Made by a program: the position numbers and the translations under genes. Positions 23,426 through 36,559 of a stretch of DNA of 64,000 bases are shown one piece after another. Source of the stretch: Camelus dromedarius (lineage: Eukaryota); NCBI RefSeq assembly GCF_036321535.1, contig NC_087436.1, positions 4,092,001 through 4,156,000 of the forward strand, written 5' to 3'. Within the stretch, counting starts at the first letter, position 1; each line of letters begins with the position of its first letter. Below the pieces are notes generated by a model that was not told where the DNA came from, did no database searches, and saw only the letters and a program-made list of their open reading frames with translations.

Positions 23426-26400
23426 CTTGTCCATCTGCAGCTTAAGCCTGTCCTCTAGATCTGTGCTTCAGTTTTGCATTTTGAGCTTCTTAGAGAACAC
23501 CTACTCATAGCTCATATGTCAGATTCAACATGTCTAAAGCTGATTTCATAATCTTTTTTCTTGCAGCGTCTCCACTTATTCAGTGGGATAATCATTCTTC
23601 TGGTCTTCAATAGCCAAAGGCTTGGAATGGTCTTTGATTCATCTTTCTCTCACCACCCTCCATATTTTGTCAGCTTCTGAAACTGTATGTTTTTGGTTTC
23701 AAGTGTCTATTCTGATTGCTGATACTCTGATGAAGAGCTTTCATCCCTGATACATGAATTTTTCCTTCTGTTGAATTCTTGGATATTCTCTCACCCCCCC
23801 TTTTCAGTCAACCTATTATTTTGACCTTCCAACATCTAGAGTCAAGTCAAAGACTTACCACAACCAGATCTCAGACAGGTAATGTCGACCCTCCATCATT
23901 TTGGCCTTACCTTATGTGTTCCAATCATTATGTGACTTAGCCTCCTAGGGTAACCTGTGCCTTATTAAAAACCAGGAGTCACCAGCCTTTTCCTATCCAG
24001 TCCTCAGTTAAAACAGCTTAGAATTGCCCTGAGAACTAGTTGGAGCCCCATCCCCTTCATAGAATCTTCCCTATTAACTCCAAATTCTTCTAGCTCCTCT
24101 TTGTATTCCTGCACTGTTTATGATCGGTAGCCTGTTATCTTGGCTTTGAGTACTGACTTGGTACCATTCCCGGGTGGTTTCCAATGTGTCTCCTCACTTA
24201 GCTGGTAACTGGAGAAGACTCCCTTGTTCAGCCTCCTTTATACCCCTCACCCTGCTTAGCATCGGGCAATAGCAGGCATCCAGGCAGTGCTTACCTACTT
24301 TATTTATTCGCAGGGGTGGTGGTGTGGAGTATAGCTAATAACTATCAATTCAGTGTTGCAATTAAAAAAGAAAGCCAAGAAAATCCATAAAACTTTATCT
24401 CCATGTTCAGTTTAGCGCTTTACCTCAACAGTTTTCTTAACTCTGTGTTTACATTCACATAGTGTTCAGTGCTTGTACAGTTCCCTGAGGCAAGCAGGTT
24501 AGATGTCATTAAGTTTGACTTTCACGTTACATTTCATATTGGATATATTTGTGGAATGACAAAACCTTCTTTTATAAGTAAACAGCCGGAAGCCCAGAGA
24601 GACTAAGGGCCTAACCCAGGGTCACCTGGTTAGTGTTTGGCACAGGCCAGGACTGCGGTTCATATCTTCCAGCTGCTCCTCTTCCAGTGCCTTTTCATTC
24701 CAGTGCTGGGAAATGTAGCCCCATCAGGCAAACGGCCAAGTCACATTGCTGCCCCTTTACCTGCCAGTGATGGCAGTGCTACAAAAAGTGGCAAAGGAAA
24801 GGTCAGAAATAGGAGTGATAAAAGACATGGAAGTGCTGGAAATGAATCCTCAGCCTCCACCTCCCTATTTGAGCGCCTCAGGTGTCCCACTCTGACAGTG
24901 CTGTTCATTGTTTATAACATAGTCTTTAAAATCAGACTGTTCTTTTATAGGACATGCTTTTATCCTGGTCCCTTTCCTGCTAGTAGTCACCGTCATGGGC
25001 AGAAAGTGCCTGACTGTGCTCTGTTTGTCACGTAGGTGGGAGGGAAAGTGGGAGACGGAGCAGGTTGAACTGAAGCTGAGCTTTTTACAGCTCTGTTGTT
25101 CTAGGACCAGAGCAGTTCCACTACTGCTTTCATCACCTCTCCACCTCCAAGTCCCAGCTACCCACTCCTGCCTGCTTCCGCACACGCCACGTCCTGGGGG
25201 AGGACAGGGTGGTGGGCAATGACCCCTCCGCCCTCCGCCCTGGGAGGTGCAGGAGTCTGCTTCAACTTTTGAGCTGTTTTGGTAGTTGGGCTTTTCCAGC
25301 CTTTCTAGACATCTGCTTTCCAGCTCTGGGAAATTGGAGATATAACTTAACCATACATGGACAATACTAATGTATTCAGTGGCATTAATGTGATGTTGTC
25401 TGTAAGGTGTTCTGTAACTGGATAGGAGGTTTCTTTTATCTCACAGTATGCTTCATATCCAATTCTAAAGGCATACAGGCTGCAGGTGTAATTCAAGTTC
25501 TTACATGTCTGTAAGGCAGACATGAACAGTATTTGGTAATATGACCATGTGTTCATAGATTACAGTTAGTCCACTGGCTCTGTATCTAATAAAAGTTTAA
25601 ATTCCAAACTCTTCAAGAAAATTTGTGGAACATGTCTTTTCGCCTGTAACTAGTTACAAAAACTGAAATCACAACTCTACCACAAGCAACAGTGTTTCCC
25701 AGTAGAGAAATCCCTCCACTTTTACAACCTCTAAGTAATGCGGTGGTTCTTTGGATGAGATGAGGGATGCCAGAGTATTTTGTTGGGAAACTAGAGTGGC
25801 ATGACAAGTATTCTGGGACTGGTTACAGTTGAATCTCTACTTCCTATATCCTGGACTGATTACAGAGGCAATTTTAGTGCAGTAACCAGCTTCTGAATGC
25901 AAGTGTAGCTAGGAAGACAACAGAGAAAATAGAAGGGATATAAAGTAATGGAGGGACTTCAGAGCAGTACAAATGGTGACTTTGACACCAGCAGCTGCTG
26001 ACATGAACTTGGCAGGAATTTGTGAGAAGTGGTGGGTGTCATTGCAAGCAGGAGATTTCTGCAGCTTTTGGGGTGAACAGGCAAAGGGGAGAGCAGATAT
26101 GGTGGTAACCCAGGGGCTATTTGTGTCCTGAATGTGAAAATGTCTGGTCCCCTGTTCAATTTTGCAGCCACAACTTCAAAAGACTCATGGCATTATTTCA
26201 ACCAGAAAACCATAAAAGCATAAACAACCTCTATTTCCCAAAGTGTTTGTTCTCGATCTGAGATGATTGTCCTGTGGTGGGAGGTAAGTGGGCGATGGGG
26301 CCTATTACATCACCCCCTTTCACTAAAAGTCTACCTTGCTGCTTTTCACCCTACTCCTAGAGGTGCTGTCATTCTGTTACACCTAGACCTGTAAGACGGG

Positions 26401-28189
26401 CTTGCCTGAATCCTCACATGAAGAGGGACGGTAGTGTGCAGTTTTAAAAAATTGCTTGGGTCATGGGGTCCTATGTTCCCTCCATTGGAAATCACTGTTC
26501 CAGAGCAAATAGTATGCATCTATAGAAACTATATTGTTTGTAAGATGTCTTCAGAAGTTTTGCAGTAGGTTTAAATATTTGCTTAGTGATGGCATCTTTA
26601 TTGTTTGAAGGAGGCAATCCTCACTAGGGGCTTTGTGTGCTTCCTGTCTGAGAGTTCCTTTACTGGCAGTAGAGTGTTCGTAGGCAGAGTTAGAAAGTTA
26701 CCTGGTCTGAGAAGCCGAATTTGCCCGCAGCTGGGAATTGGCAGAAGAGTCAGTTATGGAAGGAAGGCTTTAGGATTATCTGGTAGCAGAGTTCTGGGAT
26801 CCAAACCCTGAGAAACCTCAGCTTTTATAGAGTATGTTCTGTAGAAATAGGCTATTGGGTAATTTTAACACTTGTTATGGGATGTAGAGTTGGGGAAAGA
26901 CTTAAAAGTGAAAGAACCTTAAAAGAGAATCTCCAAATATTTTAAAGAAGACAGTAATCAGAATGAGAGCTTTTCTGGAAAAGACTAGTTCTTCACTTCA
27001 CAGGGGAAGCAGGGAGCAGGTGTAACTGCACTTACGGTAACTTAAAAGGTAAACCTCTCCCTCCCACTTAGCTGTTTCCTGGTGTCCGTTCATCTTCCAC
27101 ATCTGTAGTTTTAGACATGACGTGTCATTTTCTGGTACTCCATTCTGCTTCTGAGTGAGAGACTGACACAAAGTCACATAGCAATGGAAAAATTACGCAA
27201 AGGATTTTATTGTTAAAAATGTAGACCTGTGGCAGGGTGCTTCATTTGCAAGTGACTTTCAGTAAAGAGAACACTTAAAAGAATGCAGTGTTATTTCTTT
27301 TTTTATTCCTTTAAGCCTTTGAATAGAAGGTTTCTTTGCAGAGTTTCTGGTGTACATCAGAAAAAGCAGGAACTAAAAATAGCTTTAAGAAAGCACCAGT
27401 ATAGACGTTACTTATAGTATGGTATCGGTCTTAAAGTTAATTCTTTAAAGCAGGAAGTTGTAACTCTCAATTTCTTAAGCAAATATAAACATTCTTGCCT
27501 CTTAATGACATTCTTTGTGGGGTGAAGCTGCTTTTGCTTCCATTCTGAGCATTGAAAGGCCTTCTAGGATACTTCTAGCAGTCCTCAATATTTTATTTTC
27601 CCTCTGTTGTGAACTTATTAAACTTGAAGCAGATATAAATATCATTAACTTACTACATATGTAGATATTCAGTGTTACATAGTCAGAAAGTTTGTGTACA
27701 TCGCACATATCTACATAATTCCCCCCTTTCCAACTGTGTTCCTGATGAAAGAATGGTGGGAAATGGCATTATGGGGATATGTCTTACAGTACACAGTGTT
27801 TCCCCTGTTCCCTCTACCAGATCTGGATGTTCTTTCATCTTTCGGCTTCTAGATTTACTAGTTCTTTTTCTTAAGCCAGGTGTAACTCATCCCCTTGCTC
27901 GTACACACACAGACACACACACACACACACATTCTGCTGTAGGGAGTAGCGTGCACCATCCCATGCTCCTACTCCAGCTCTGATCCCACCCACTGGAGGC
28001 AGTGTCTTGCACGAATTCATTTGTAAGTTCCTTTTTAAAACTCGAGTGGTCGGGAAATAGGACTGATATCCACACCTAGTAGGTAGGCCCTAAAGGATAA
28101 CTTCTATGGTTAATGCCAGGTTATCTTAATGTTTGAGTACCTGGGTTTCATGGCTTCCTGTACCACCTGTGTGACCCATAATTCCCACA

Positions 28190-29150
28190 TTTCTGTCTCC
28201 CGCTAGACTTTTCTCTCCAACTCTGGACTCTTACAATCTTCTGCTGATTTGACATCTTCACTTGGAACTCTGATATCTTAAAACCAACATGTGTAAAAAC
28301 TGAGCTCTTGGTCCTCCTACCCCCCAAACTGGTTCTTTCTGCAGCCTCCCCATTCAGTTAGTGGAAACTTAATCCTTCCAGCTACTTGGGTCAAAAAACT
28401 TGGAGTTATTCTGACTCTCACTGACATACCACATGAATTCTGTCAATAGATCTGGTTTAACACTGCCTTTAAAACATATCCAGAGCCCAGCCACTTCTCA
28501 CCATGGCTCCTGCCTCCACTGCTGCTTCCCTGCCCTGAGCCACTGTCCTCTCCTCCTGCACAGCCCTTCTCATTGGCTTCCCTCCTTTCATCTCTGACCC
28601 GTTTCGACTATTCTCACCCAGCAGTCAAATGAGCCTTGAAAACCTAAGTTAGATTGTGTCGTCCTTCTGCAGTGCCTCCCCATTTCAATCCGGGTAAAAG
28701 CCACAGTCCTTACAACGTCCTCCAAGGCCGTACAGGATCTGCACTGACCCCTCTCCGCAGCTCCAGCTGTGCCCCCATTCTGGAACATGCGAGGTGCGCG
28801 CTGGCCTTGGTGATGGTTATTCCATCCACCTGGGACTTCTCACCTCATAGTCCTAGTTCTAACCTCAGTCCTCATTGTGGCCTGCTCTGGTATTTAATAC
28901 AACATCACCCTCATCCCATACCCTCAACTGTCTTTACCTTTCCCTTTATATATTTTCCATGGTTCCTCTTTCCTAACATGCCACCTCCTCTGCTGCTCTG
29001 TTGTGTGAATTGTCATCTCCACCCCCCACCCCAGCTAGACTCCAACCAAGCTCCGTGAGCACAGGACTTTTGTTTTGTTTATTGATCTAGTCCAAGTGCC
29101 TAGACTAGTCCTGGGTACATAGTAGGAAGTCAAAATTTATTTGCTGAATA
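28190..29150. mobile_element. LINE-2 (L2) 3' remnant; similar decayed L2 stretches at ~0.9-1.9, 9.0-9.9, 11.4-12.1, 23.5-24.3, 37.2-37.8 and 59.4-60.2 kb
   Basis: AACATGTGTAAAAACTGAGCTC...AAAACTTGGAGTTATTCTGACTC...ACATAGTAGGAAGTCAAAATTTATTTGCTGAATAG, a typical L2 end. Confidence 0.6.
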
Positions 29151-30207
29151 GATTAAAAGACTATTTTAGAAATGATTCATCCTTTCAGGAACGGGTGAGG
29201 AAAGGAAGCTGCATGAAGGAAAATGGTTCAGTAAATAATGATATTTGCCTGTTGTTCTTTGTGTGATATATATGTGTTTTAGTCTTAATTTGGTATCCCA
29301 GTTTCTTAATTTAATAGCTGTATTAAGGTGTAATTTACAGTCCATAAAATTCACACATTATAATTGTACAAGTCAGCCATTTTAGGTATTTCTACAGTTG
29401 TGCAACTGTGTCCTCAAAAAGTCCCCTTGTTTCCGTCCATATGTAGTTCGGCTTCCCCCCGGTGGCAACCTGATTTTATTTGTTTTTTTGGCAATCACAT
29501 CTCAAAAGAATAATTTATACAGCAGTACTAATATATATTTGCACTTTTAAAATTACACTTAAATATGAAATAAACGGTCATTGCTGAATGTAGGCAGCAG
29601 TATCAGACATCGGTGAGAAGAATGGACTTGAGTGTCAGACTGGCTGCAGTCTTACCCAGCTCCACCATTTACTAAGTTACCCAAATTATTTTCTGCCTCA
29701 AGCTCTTTATCTGTTATATAGGGGTAATAAAAGCAGCTTACAGAGTTGTTGTGAGGATTAAGCAAACAGGGAAACAAAATTTAGTACAGTGGCCAGCTTA
29801 TGTTATTACCTAAAATATAGCCTTGCAGGTATACAGGAAAATTCAAATCAGTTTCTAAAGTGTGTGTAAAATATGATCCAGTTCCTGCCTGGTTTGTAAA
29901 CACGTATGCCTACTGCAGAATGTAAAAGCAGACTAATTTCCAACAGAAAAGATCATTTCTCAGCATTTTTTCAAAGGTAGTTGCAAAATCATTTTTACTA
30001 AATTTTCTGTGCACATCTCTGACAGAGCTTTGACACCAGGGAGGTAATTATCTACTTTTTTGTTAAAATCATGCTGACCATCAGAAAGTGTTCTGAATTA
30101 TATTTTAGCCTTTATGTTGGGAAATATTGTGAGACTTCTAAATTAATGGGAGGAGGGGCATTCATTGTAGCTCTTATAGCCTGATAAGCCTGCACTAAAT
30201 TATCTTT

Positions 30208-30367
30208 TTTAAACTTTTTATTAAAGTAATTAGTTAATTTTTTGCAGGGGGGAGGTAATTAGGTTTTTATTTATTTATTTTATTTTTAGAAGAAGTACTG
30301 GGGATTGAACCCAGGCCCTTGTGCATGCTAAGAGTATGATCTTTCACTTGAGCTGTACCCTCCCCCC
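30208..30367 (-). mobile_element. tRNA-derived SINE (Vic-1-like) with TSD
   Basis: TSD TAAATTATCTTT at 30196-30207 and 30368-30379; B box GGGATTGAACCC. Confidence 0.9.
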
Positions 30368-30423
30368 TAAATTATCTTTAATAAGGTCTTTTTCTCTGTT
30401 TTGTTATTTTCTTTTATGTACAG

Positions 30424-30549
30424 ATGCACAAAGCAGGGTCATCAGAAGCCTCTCATTTCCAAAGATGATAATAGTGAAAAACATTGTGCAGTGACAGTGA
30501 ATCCTTGGCATATGAAGAAAGATTGTAAAGTCCTGAATGAATTAAGAAG
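30424..30549 (+). pseudogene. KLHL2: Isolated duplicated KLHL2 (Mayven) exon 2
   Basis: tacag|A TGC...AGA AG|gtattg, 126 nt, open frame CTKQGHQKPLISKDDNSEKHCAVTVNPWHMKKDCKVLNELR versus recalled human CTKQGHQKPLDSKDDNTEKHCPVTVNPWHMKKAFKVMNELR (6/41 differences). No KLHL2 exon 1 or BTB exon 3 seen in the window. Confidence 0.9.
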
Positions 30550-30731
30550 GTATTGTTACATTAACATACATGTAACCATGGCTCTCTTACCTTTTTTTTT
30601 CAGTTTATAATGAAGATACTCCCCACCCTTCAAGGTTGCTTTGTTTGATATAGGGAATATCTAAAGCCTTTTCTGCAAGTTTTTTAAGTAAGTAAGAGCA
30701 GGTAATTTATCAGAAGTGTGAATGGTGTCAT

Positions 30732-31020
30732 CTGCTCTGTCTAGTATGGTAGCCACCAGCCACATGTGGCTATGGTGAATTGAGATGTCCTATAAGAGGA
30801 AAATACAAAATAAATTTTCAAGACTTTGTACAACAAAAATAATGTAAAATATTTATTAATAAGTTTTAAAAGTGTTAATCACACTTTTGAAATGATAGTA
30901 TATTGGATATTTTGGGATAAATATAATTATTCCTGGAATTAAGTACACTTGTTCCTTTTTATTGTCTAAATGGGATTACTGGAAAATTGTGACTTGCACT
31001 ATGTTTCTATTGACAGTGCT
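30732..31020. mobile_element. MER33-like hAT-Charlie MITE
   Basis: GGTAGCCACCAGCCACATGTGGCTA...TTTCTATTGACAGTGCT termini. Confidence 0.7.
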
Positions 31021-31059
31021 TGCTTCTAACTTATTGCAAATAATATGAAAAGAAAACTT

Positions 31060-31535
31060 TGATTACAAATTTTGTAATTGTGTAGTTGATTTACATCATA
31101 TTAGTTTCAGGTGTACAACACAGAGGCTCAACATTTTTATAGATTATATTCCATTTAAAGTCACCATAAAATAATGGCTATATTTCCCTGTGCTGTATGA
31201 TGCAGCCCTGTAACCTATCCATTTTATATGTAGTAATTTTTACCTCTCAATCCCCTACCCCCTTCCTGCCTCCCCTCTCCTCCTTCTCCCCATTGGTAAC
31301 CACCAGTCTGTTCTGTGTACCTGTGAGTCTACTTCTGTTTTATTATAGTCATTAATTTGTTTTATTTTTTAGATATACATATAAGTTAATACATAGAATA
31401 CTTGTTTTTCTTTCTCTGACTTATTTCACTCAGCATAATACCCTGTAGGTCCATTCATGTTATTGCAAATGCCATTATTTTATGTTTTATGGCTGAGCAC
31501 TATTCCATTGTGTGTGTGGGTTCATGTGTATATAT

Positions 31536-31611
<76 letters not shown>

Positions 31612-31900
31612 ATATGTGTGTATATATATAAAATATACCACACCTTCTTTATCCAGTCATCTGTCAGTGAACATTTGGGTTGATTAAGTGTCTTGGCTAT
31701 TGTAAATAGTGCTGCTGTGAACATTGGGGTGCATGTGTCTTTTTGAATTATATTTTTCTCCAGACATATACCCATGAATGGGATTGCTGGATCACATGGA
31801 AGTCTATTTTTGTTTCCTAAGGAACCTCTATAATGTCCTCCATAGTGGCAGCACCAATTTACATTCCCATCAACTGAGTAGGAGGGTTCCTTTTTCTCTT
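31060..31900 (-). mobile_element. LINE-1 3' portion with embedded (TA)n
   Basis: ORF 31500-31775 (-) reads QKDTCTPMFTAALFTIAKT; L1 3'UTR at left. Confidence 0.88.
31545..31630. repeat. (TA)n microsatellite
   Basis: Pure TA run ~31545-31599 inside an L1. Confidence 0.95.
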
Positions 31901-32632
31901 AAAATGTCAAAAGTTCTCTACATTTATATACTTTCCTTTCAGTTTAGGACACAATTTGGCAAAAGCCAGATAGAATTTAATAGCAGCAAATACAATATTT
32001 TTTTTTAAATGGCCATGCATTATGGATAGATATGTTATTGATGAGTTGGTTCCCTGTATTTGTAGATGCAGAAGTTTTTATAGCTTCAGACATTTCAGTC
32101 TTGCAGAGAGAAAAATGTCTTTGCATTTTGCTGAACTTCTCCGGGTGGCTTTATCGAATTTGGTGCAGGCCTGCAGAGGTGAATACACATCCAAACCTGA
32201 ACCATTTGAATGTCTGCAAGATTTTAAGAGTCTAGAATGTCAGATCTGAACTATAACTCTGGTGAATGACATCATTAAGTGGACTCAAGAAAACTCCATT
32301 TGAGTGCAAAGCCTTTCATAAGCCAAAAAAGGCTTTGAAATTCTGGCAAAGCCAGAGACTTTTGTGCACCACATATGGCCACAAACCCATGGGGACAACC
32401 ACAGGCCTTCTGGAGTGCCAAGGGAATTCCATGTGAGGAGTCCAGAACTCACAGGAATCCAACAAGTCCCTGCCAGCCAGAGCACCTTCATTGCTACTGT
32501 GCTGTTTTGAGCAAATGCCTTTTCATCAGGTTCAAATTGGTTTGTTGTTATTTTTTTGCATAAAAAAATCAAACAACTTCTTGTTCCCTTGGTGAAAGTA
32601 AAAGCCTAACATTTTCTGATTTATTTTGACAG

Positions 32633-32697
32633 AGAAAACATGAGCCTATGAATCGAACCTCATCTGTGATGGTCTGCAGCTGGGAGCAACCTGATCA
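32633..32697 (+). pseudogene. ANO6: ANO6 pseudo-exon (~exon 4)
   Basis: RK..*AYESNLICDGLQLGAT*S (cf. RKRQAYESNLICHGLQLEATRS). 65 nt (1-nt deletion), TGA at 32641 and 32692, ag/gt present. Confidence 0.85.
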
Positions 32698-33576
32698 GTG
32701 TCAGTCCCTTTGCAGCCATTGGCTGGGAGCCTGCATGTTACCTGGAATGGTATTTGAAACATGTCACCCTAGCCGTACCTTCACTGTGGGCTGGGAGGCA
32801 AGTCAGTCAGGATCTGCATTATGGAATGTATGTTTCAGATCCAAAGCTAGGAGATCTTTTTTAATAGCCAGAGAATGTAGTCATAAATATATCTTTTAAT
32901 GTATTAATGCAAGAACCTTTTTAAAGATTTTTTTATTATAAAAATTTACCCCCCAAATTTGAAAATGAAAGAACAGTGGAATTAAAAATCATCTGTACCT
33001 TAATTATACATAAAGAAACTTAAAATCCTTCTAAACATTTTTTTTTGTTCAAATGTAGGTATTTTTCCCTTCCAAAAAGGAAAATTATTATTTCACATTT
33101 TTTTGCTTTTTCCTTTTATTATATATTCCATATCAATAAATATAATTATTTTAAATCCCTTTTAATGGCTGTTTAACACTATATTGAACAGATATATAAA
33201 TAGTCCTAGGTTTCAGAAATTTAAAAAATTGTCATTACAATACCACGGCAAAGAATATTATGGTGTTTCTAATTTTAGTTACTAATTTGGACTAAAAATT
33301 AATGTTTGCTTTTCTTCATGTAAAACAATGGTTATTTTATGAATGAACTCTAAGGATTTTAAATGACTTTTCAGTAATTTCAACAAAGAAGTTATCTTTA
33401 AGGCAAAAATCTATGATGGTTTGCAAATCTATTTTTATTATATCTTCACTTTTACCAGTGTTATATGTGTGTGTTTGCACAAGTGCTTTAACTACCAGCA
33501 ACGTAAGAAAAATCTGTGTACTAAAAATGTGAAAACAGTTAGTTTCCTCGTTTGTGTTTTCGTTCTCCCAATATAG

Positions 33577-33861
33577 GTTTTGGATGACAAGCTTGTATTT
33601 GAAAAGTACACACCATGTGGGAGGTGTTGTGTACATACGCTGAGATACTGCACATAAAATTGCCTCTGAGGCCCAATGATCTGAAAACCCGGTCCTCAGC
33701 CTTTGATAATTTCAGCTGTTTTATGAAAGCCCTCCAAGTAGATGAAAGTATCATCAAGCCGGAGCAAGTTTTTCATTGCCCTATTTGAGAAGAGCTGTGT
33801 GAATGACTTTTATATTCAGGATAGAGATACATTCTTCAATCCAGCCACCAGAAGCTGCATT
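33577..33861 (+). pseudogene. ANO6: ANO6 pseudo-exon (~exon 5)
   Basis: VLDDKLVF/KVHTMWEVLCTYAEILHIKLPLRPNDLKTRSSAF...VDESIIKPEQ/FFIALFEKSCVNDFYIQDRDTFFNPATRSCI. -1 and -2 frameshifts; atag| and |gtaagt intact. Confidence 0.93.
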
Positions 33862-34085
33862 GTAAGTCTAAACCGAGTTTAGCTGCTGTCTTGGGGGCGA
33901 TTTAGAACCTGCTGTTGAATTATCAGTGATTTGGTTTGGTTGGTTTGGTTTGGTTTTTAAAAGCTGCCCATAAAAAGGAAAAAAGTGAAAGAAAAGAAAT
34001 ATGCCTACAGATTCCTGTTAGGATAGTAAACAGTGGCTGGTTAGTTATCCTGTATAAACCACACACTCATTTAGAATCTTTTTAG

Positions 34086-34197
34086 GTTTACTTCATCCTT
34101 TCTCAGATCAAGTATCAAGGGACAGTGTTAAAAAAAATTCGGGATTAACAGGCTTGTGAGCTCCGGGATCTGCAAGGCAGCTTTCCCTCCCCATGGT
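34086..34197 (+). pseudogene. ANO6: ANO6 pseudo-exon (~exon 6)
   Basis: VYFILSQIKYQ.../FGINRLVSSGICKAAFPPHG. 112 nt (net -2 frameshift around an A-run); splice sites intact. Confidence 0.92.
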
Positions 34198-34476
34198 GTA
34201 AGTCAAATGGCAGAAATTACATAAAGCACATCATGTATCCTCCGGTGTTAACAGGAAAAGGCTAATCTTCTTGACCTTGTTTCTTCCTGGGTAAAATGAA
34301 GATAATATGTCAGGAGGCGACAAGCTCACTTAGGGCAGGAACCATGTTGTCTTGTTCACTGCGGAATCCCAGGCACCAGGAAGGCTGAGTTTAACGAGTG
34401 AGTGAACGAATGAACTGTAGTTCCCCCAGAGTTACCATGTGGGGCGGTGCCGATTAGCAGCTAAGAGCATAGACTC

Positions 34477-34630
34477 GAGAGGGGAGGGTACATCTCAAGT
34501 GATGGGGTGCATGCTTAGCACGCATACGGTCCTGGTTTCAGCCCTCAACACCTCCTCTAAAATAGACAAATAACCCTAATTACCTCCCCAGCCCCCACCA
34601 GAATTACCTTACTATCTCCCTGCCACCAAC

Positions 34631-34661
<31 letters not shown>

Positions 34662-34667
34662 GAGGCC
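34477..34667 (+). mobile_element. tRNA-derived SINE with TSD, inserted in a MIR
   Basis: TSD AAGAGC(A/G)TAGACTC at 34463-34476 and 34668-34681; polyA tail. Confidence 0.88.
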
Positions 34668-36431
34668 AAGAGCGTAGACTCAGGCTGGAACACCTGTGCT
34701 GGTTTCTAGCTGTCGACCTTGTAAAAGTCATTTAGCCTCTGTGTTTATCAAGTTCCTCATCAATAAAATGGGGATAATAATAGTACCCACCTCGTAGAGT
34801 TGCTAATGGGATTAATGAATCTGTGTCAATGTTAGAACAGCCCTGGCTAATAGGAAGTACTATGCATCTGTCAGCTCTTTTCATAATTACTGACAGATGT
34901 TATTATCAACCAAAGGAGTATTAGTTCTTTGTAAGGGAAATACATGTTAGACCATTTCATTTATAATTTTCTGTAATTCAGGATTTTTCCCTCTGAAATA
35001 CCATTTTCTGTCTGTGCACTAGGAAGCCACAGGGCTTTCCAAATTTCATCTGTCTGGGTTCTTGTCATTATGGCAATACTGCAGAGTGTTGACATTTTTT
35101 AGGGACTCCGTCTGAGATGACAGCAACCCCTCAAATTCAGGAGCACATCTCTAACTGATAACATCTCACATGAAATGACGTTTTCAAAATGTAACAGCTT
35201 CAGACGCCTAATGATGCCATAAATTCAAGGATGTTATATCTAAGCTCTTTAAATAAATCTTGTCATTGAAATAAAGGAAATACTGTATTATAGCGCTCTA
35301 TGACTTTGTTATCTTTGCTATCCATTTATCTGACTCTCTAAGACCAAAGAAAGCAAAGACTGAGATTGATCATTAGTACTGTGTGGTACACGTATATGTG
35401 GATGAAGGCAATACTGAAATGCACTGTTTAAGATATTAAAATGGACACTAAACAGCTGCTTGATGCACATGCATGAACAGAACAGGGAGCTGGGTGCAGG
35501 GAGCAGACACTGAGCTTCCTTGATCAGAGACCCAGCATAGCAGTCCAGCCCAGCAGTCCACCTGTTTTATATTAATGTCCCTGCAAAATTAGCAGTGAGA
35601 GTCTGAAATGAACTTTGGGGACACTGGCAAACAGCTGTCATGATTACTAATGTGGGACACCAGGATCCTACAGTGTTTAGTTGGCATCTGCGCACAACCA
35701 GTTCTTTTCCACTAAAGCCTGTTGTAATTGCTGGTCTCACATCCAGGCTGAGGAATCATCTTATGTGGTGTTTGGGAGGGAAGTAAGTGGAGTCAGGACC
35801 CATGTTAAGGCTGGGTGGGTAATAATCTGTTTCTAGTACAGGAGAAAGGAAAGTAGGTCAGGTGGGAAGGAGAATGACTGGATTTAAATTTTGTTTCTTG
35901 AGTAAGCTAAATATATAACATCATGTCAGTTATCTTTGTTGTTTATATTCCATGTGCTGTCACTGAATAACTACTGAGTTGTGGGGACAAAAAAGCCTGG
36001 GTTTTAGAATTGACCCTGCCCCTAACCTGCCAGAGTCCAGGTTCCTCTGGGTGTCCAAGGAGGGGGCTGGACCATCAGGTGTCCATCCACTGCAGCAGTT
36101 TGGGCACTTGGGTGGCCTAGTTTTTTGCTGTGGAAGACTGGCCCGGTTGTAGGACATTAAGCATCTGCAAGGCTCTCACCAGGTACCCACGGTGGTCCCA
36201 GGAATGTAACATCCAAGCGTTCCTTTCCACCCACTTTTGCAAATGACCCTCAAAGGGTTAGTATTAATACTGGGTGAGAATTATGAAAAATTATATGGTA
36301 CCTCCATCCCTCCTGGCAAGTTAGGGCCTCTTATTTACAAATGACCACGAAGTGTTAGCACCACATTTTATCAACAGAACATGTGAACACGTGGTGACAG
36401 TGATGCTCACCTGTTTGCTTCTGCTTCCCAG

Positions 36432-36546
36432 TGCAACTTCAGCCTCCGTCAGAGGACCTCATCTGCCCCAGCGAACAGGGCCTTCTGTACAGGGAATGGG
36501 CTCCTCCTCGAAGCATAGACAAGAAGTAGCCCTTAGATCTCATCAG
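36432..36546 (+). pseudogene. ANO6: ANO6 pseudo-exon (~exon 7)
   Basis: CNFS/SEDLICPSEQGLLYREWAPPRSIDKK*PLDLI. -1 frameshift and TAG at 36527-36529; cccag| and |gtgagc intact. Confidence 0.92.
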
Positions 36547-36559
36547 GTGAGCTGCTGTG

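Noticed and set aside
24637..25035. 132-aa ORF resembling a signal peptide plus TM segment
   Set aside because: Starts at TTG inside a MIR remnant, has no recognisable homology, and lies in probable KLHL2-derived intron.
30424..32697. In-frame KLHL2-ANO6 fusion protein
   Set aside because: A phase-2 donor joined to the ANO6 exon reads RENMSL* and never enters the ANO6 frame.
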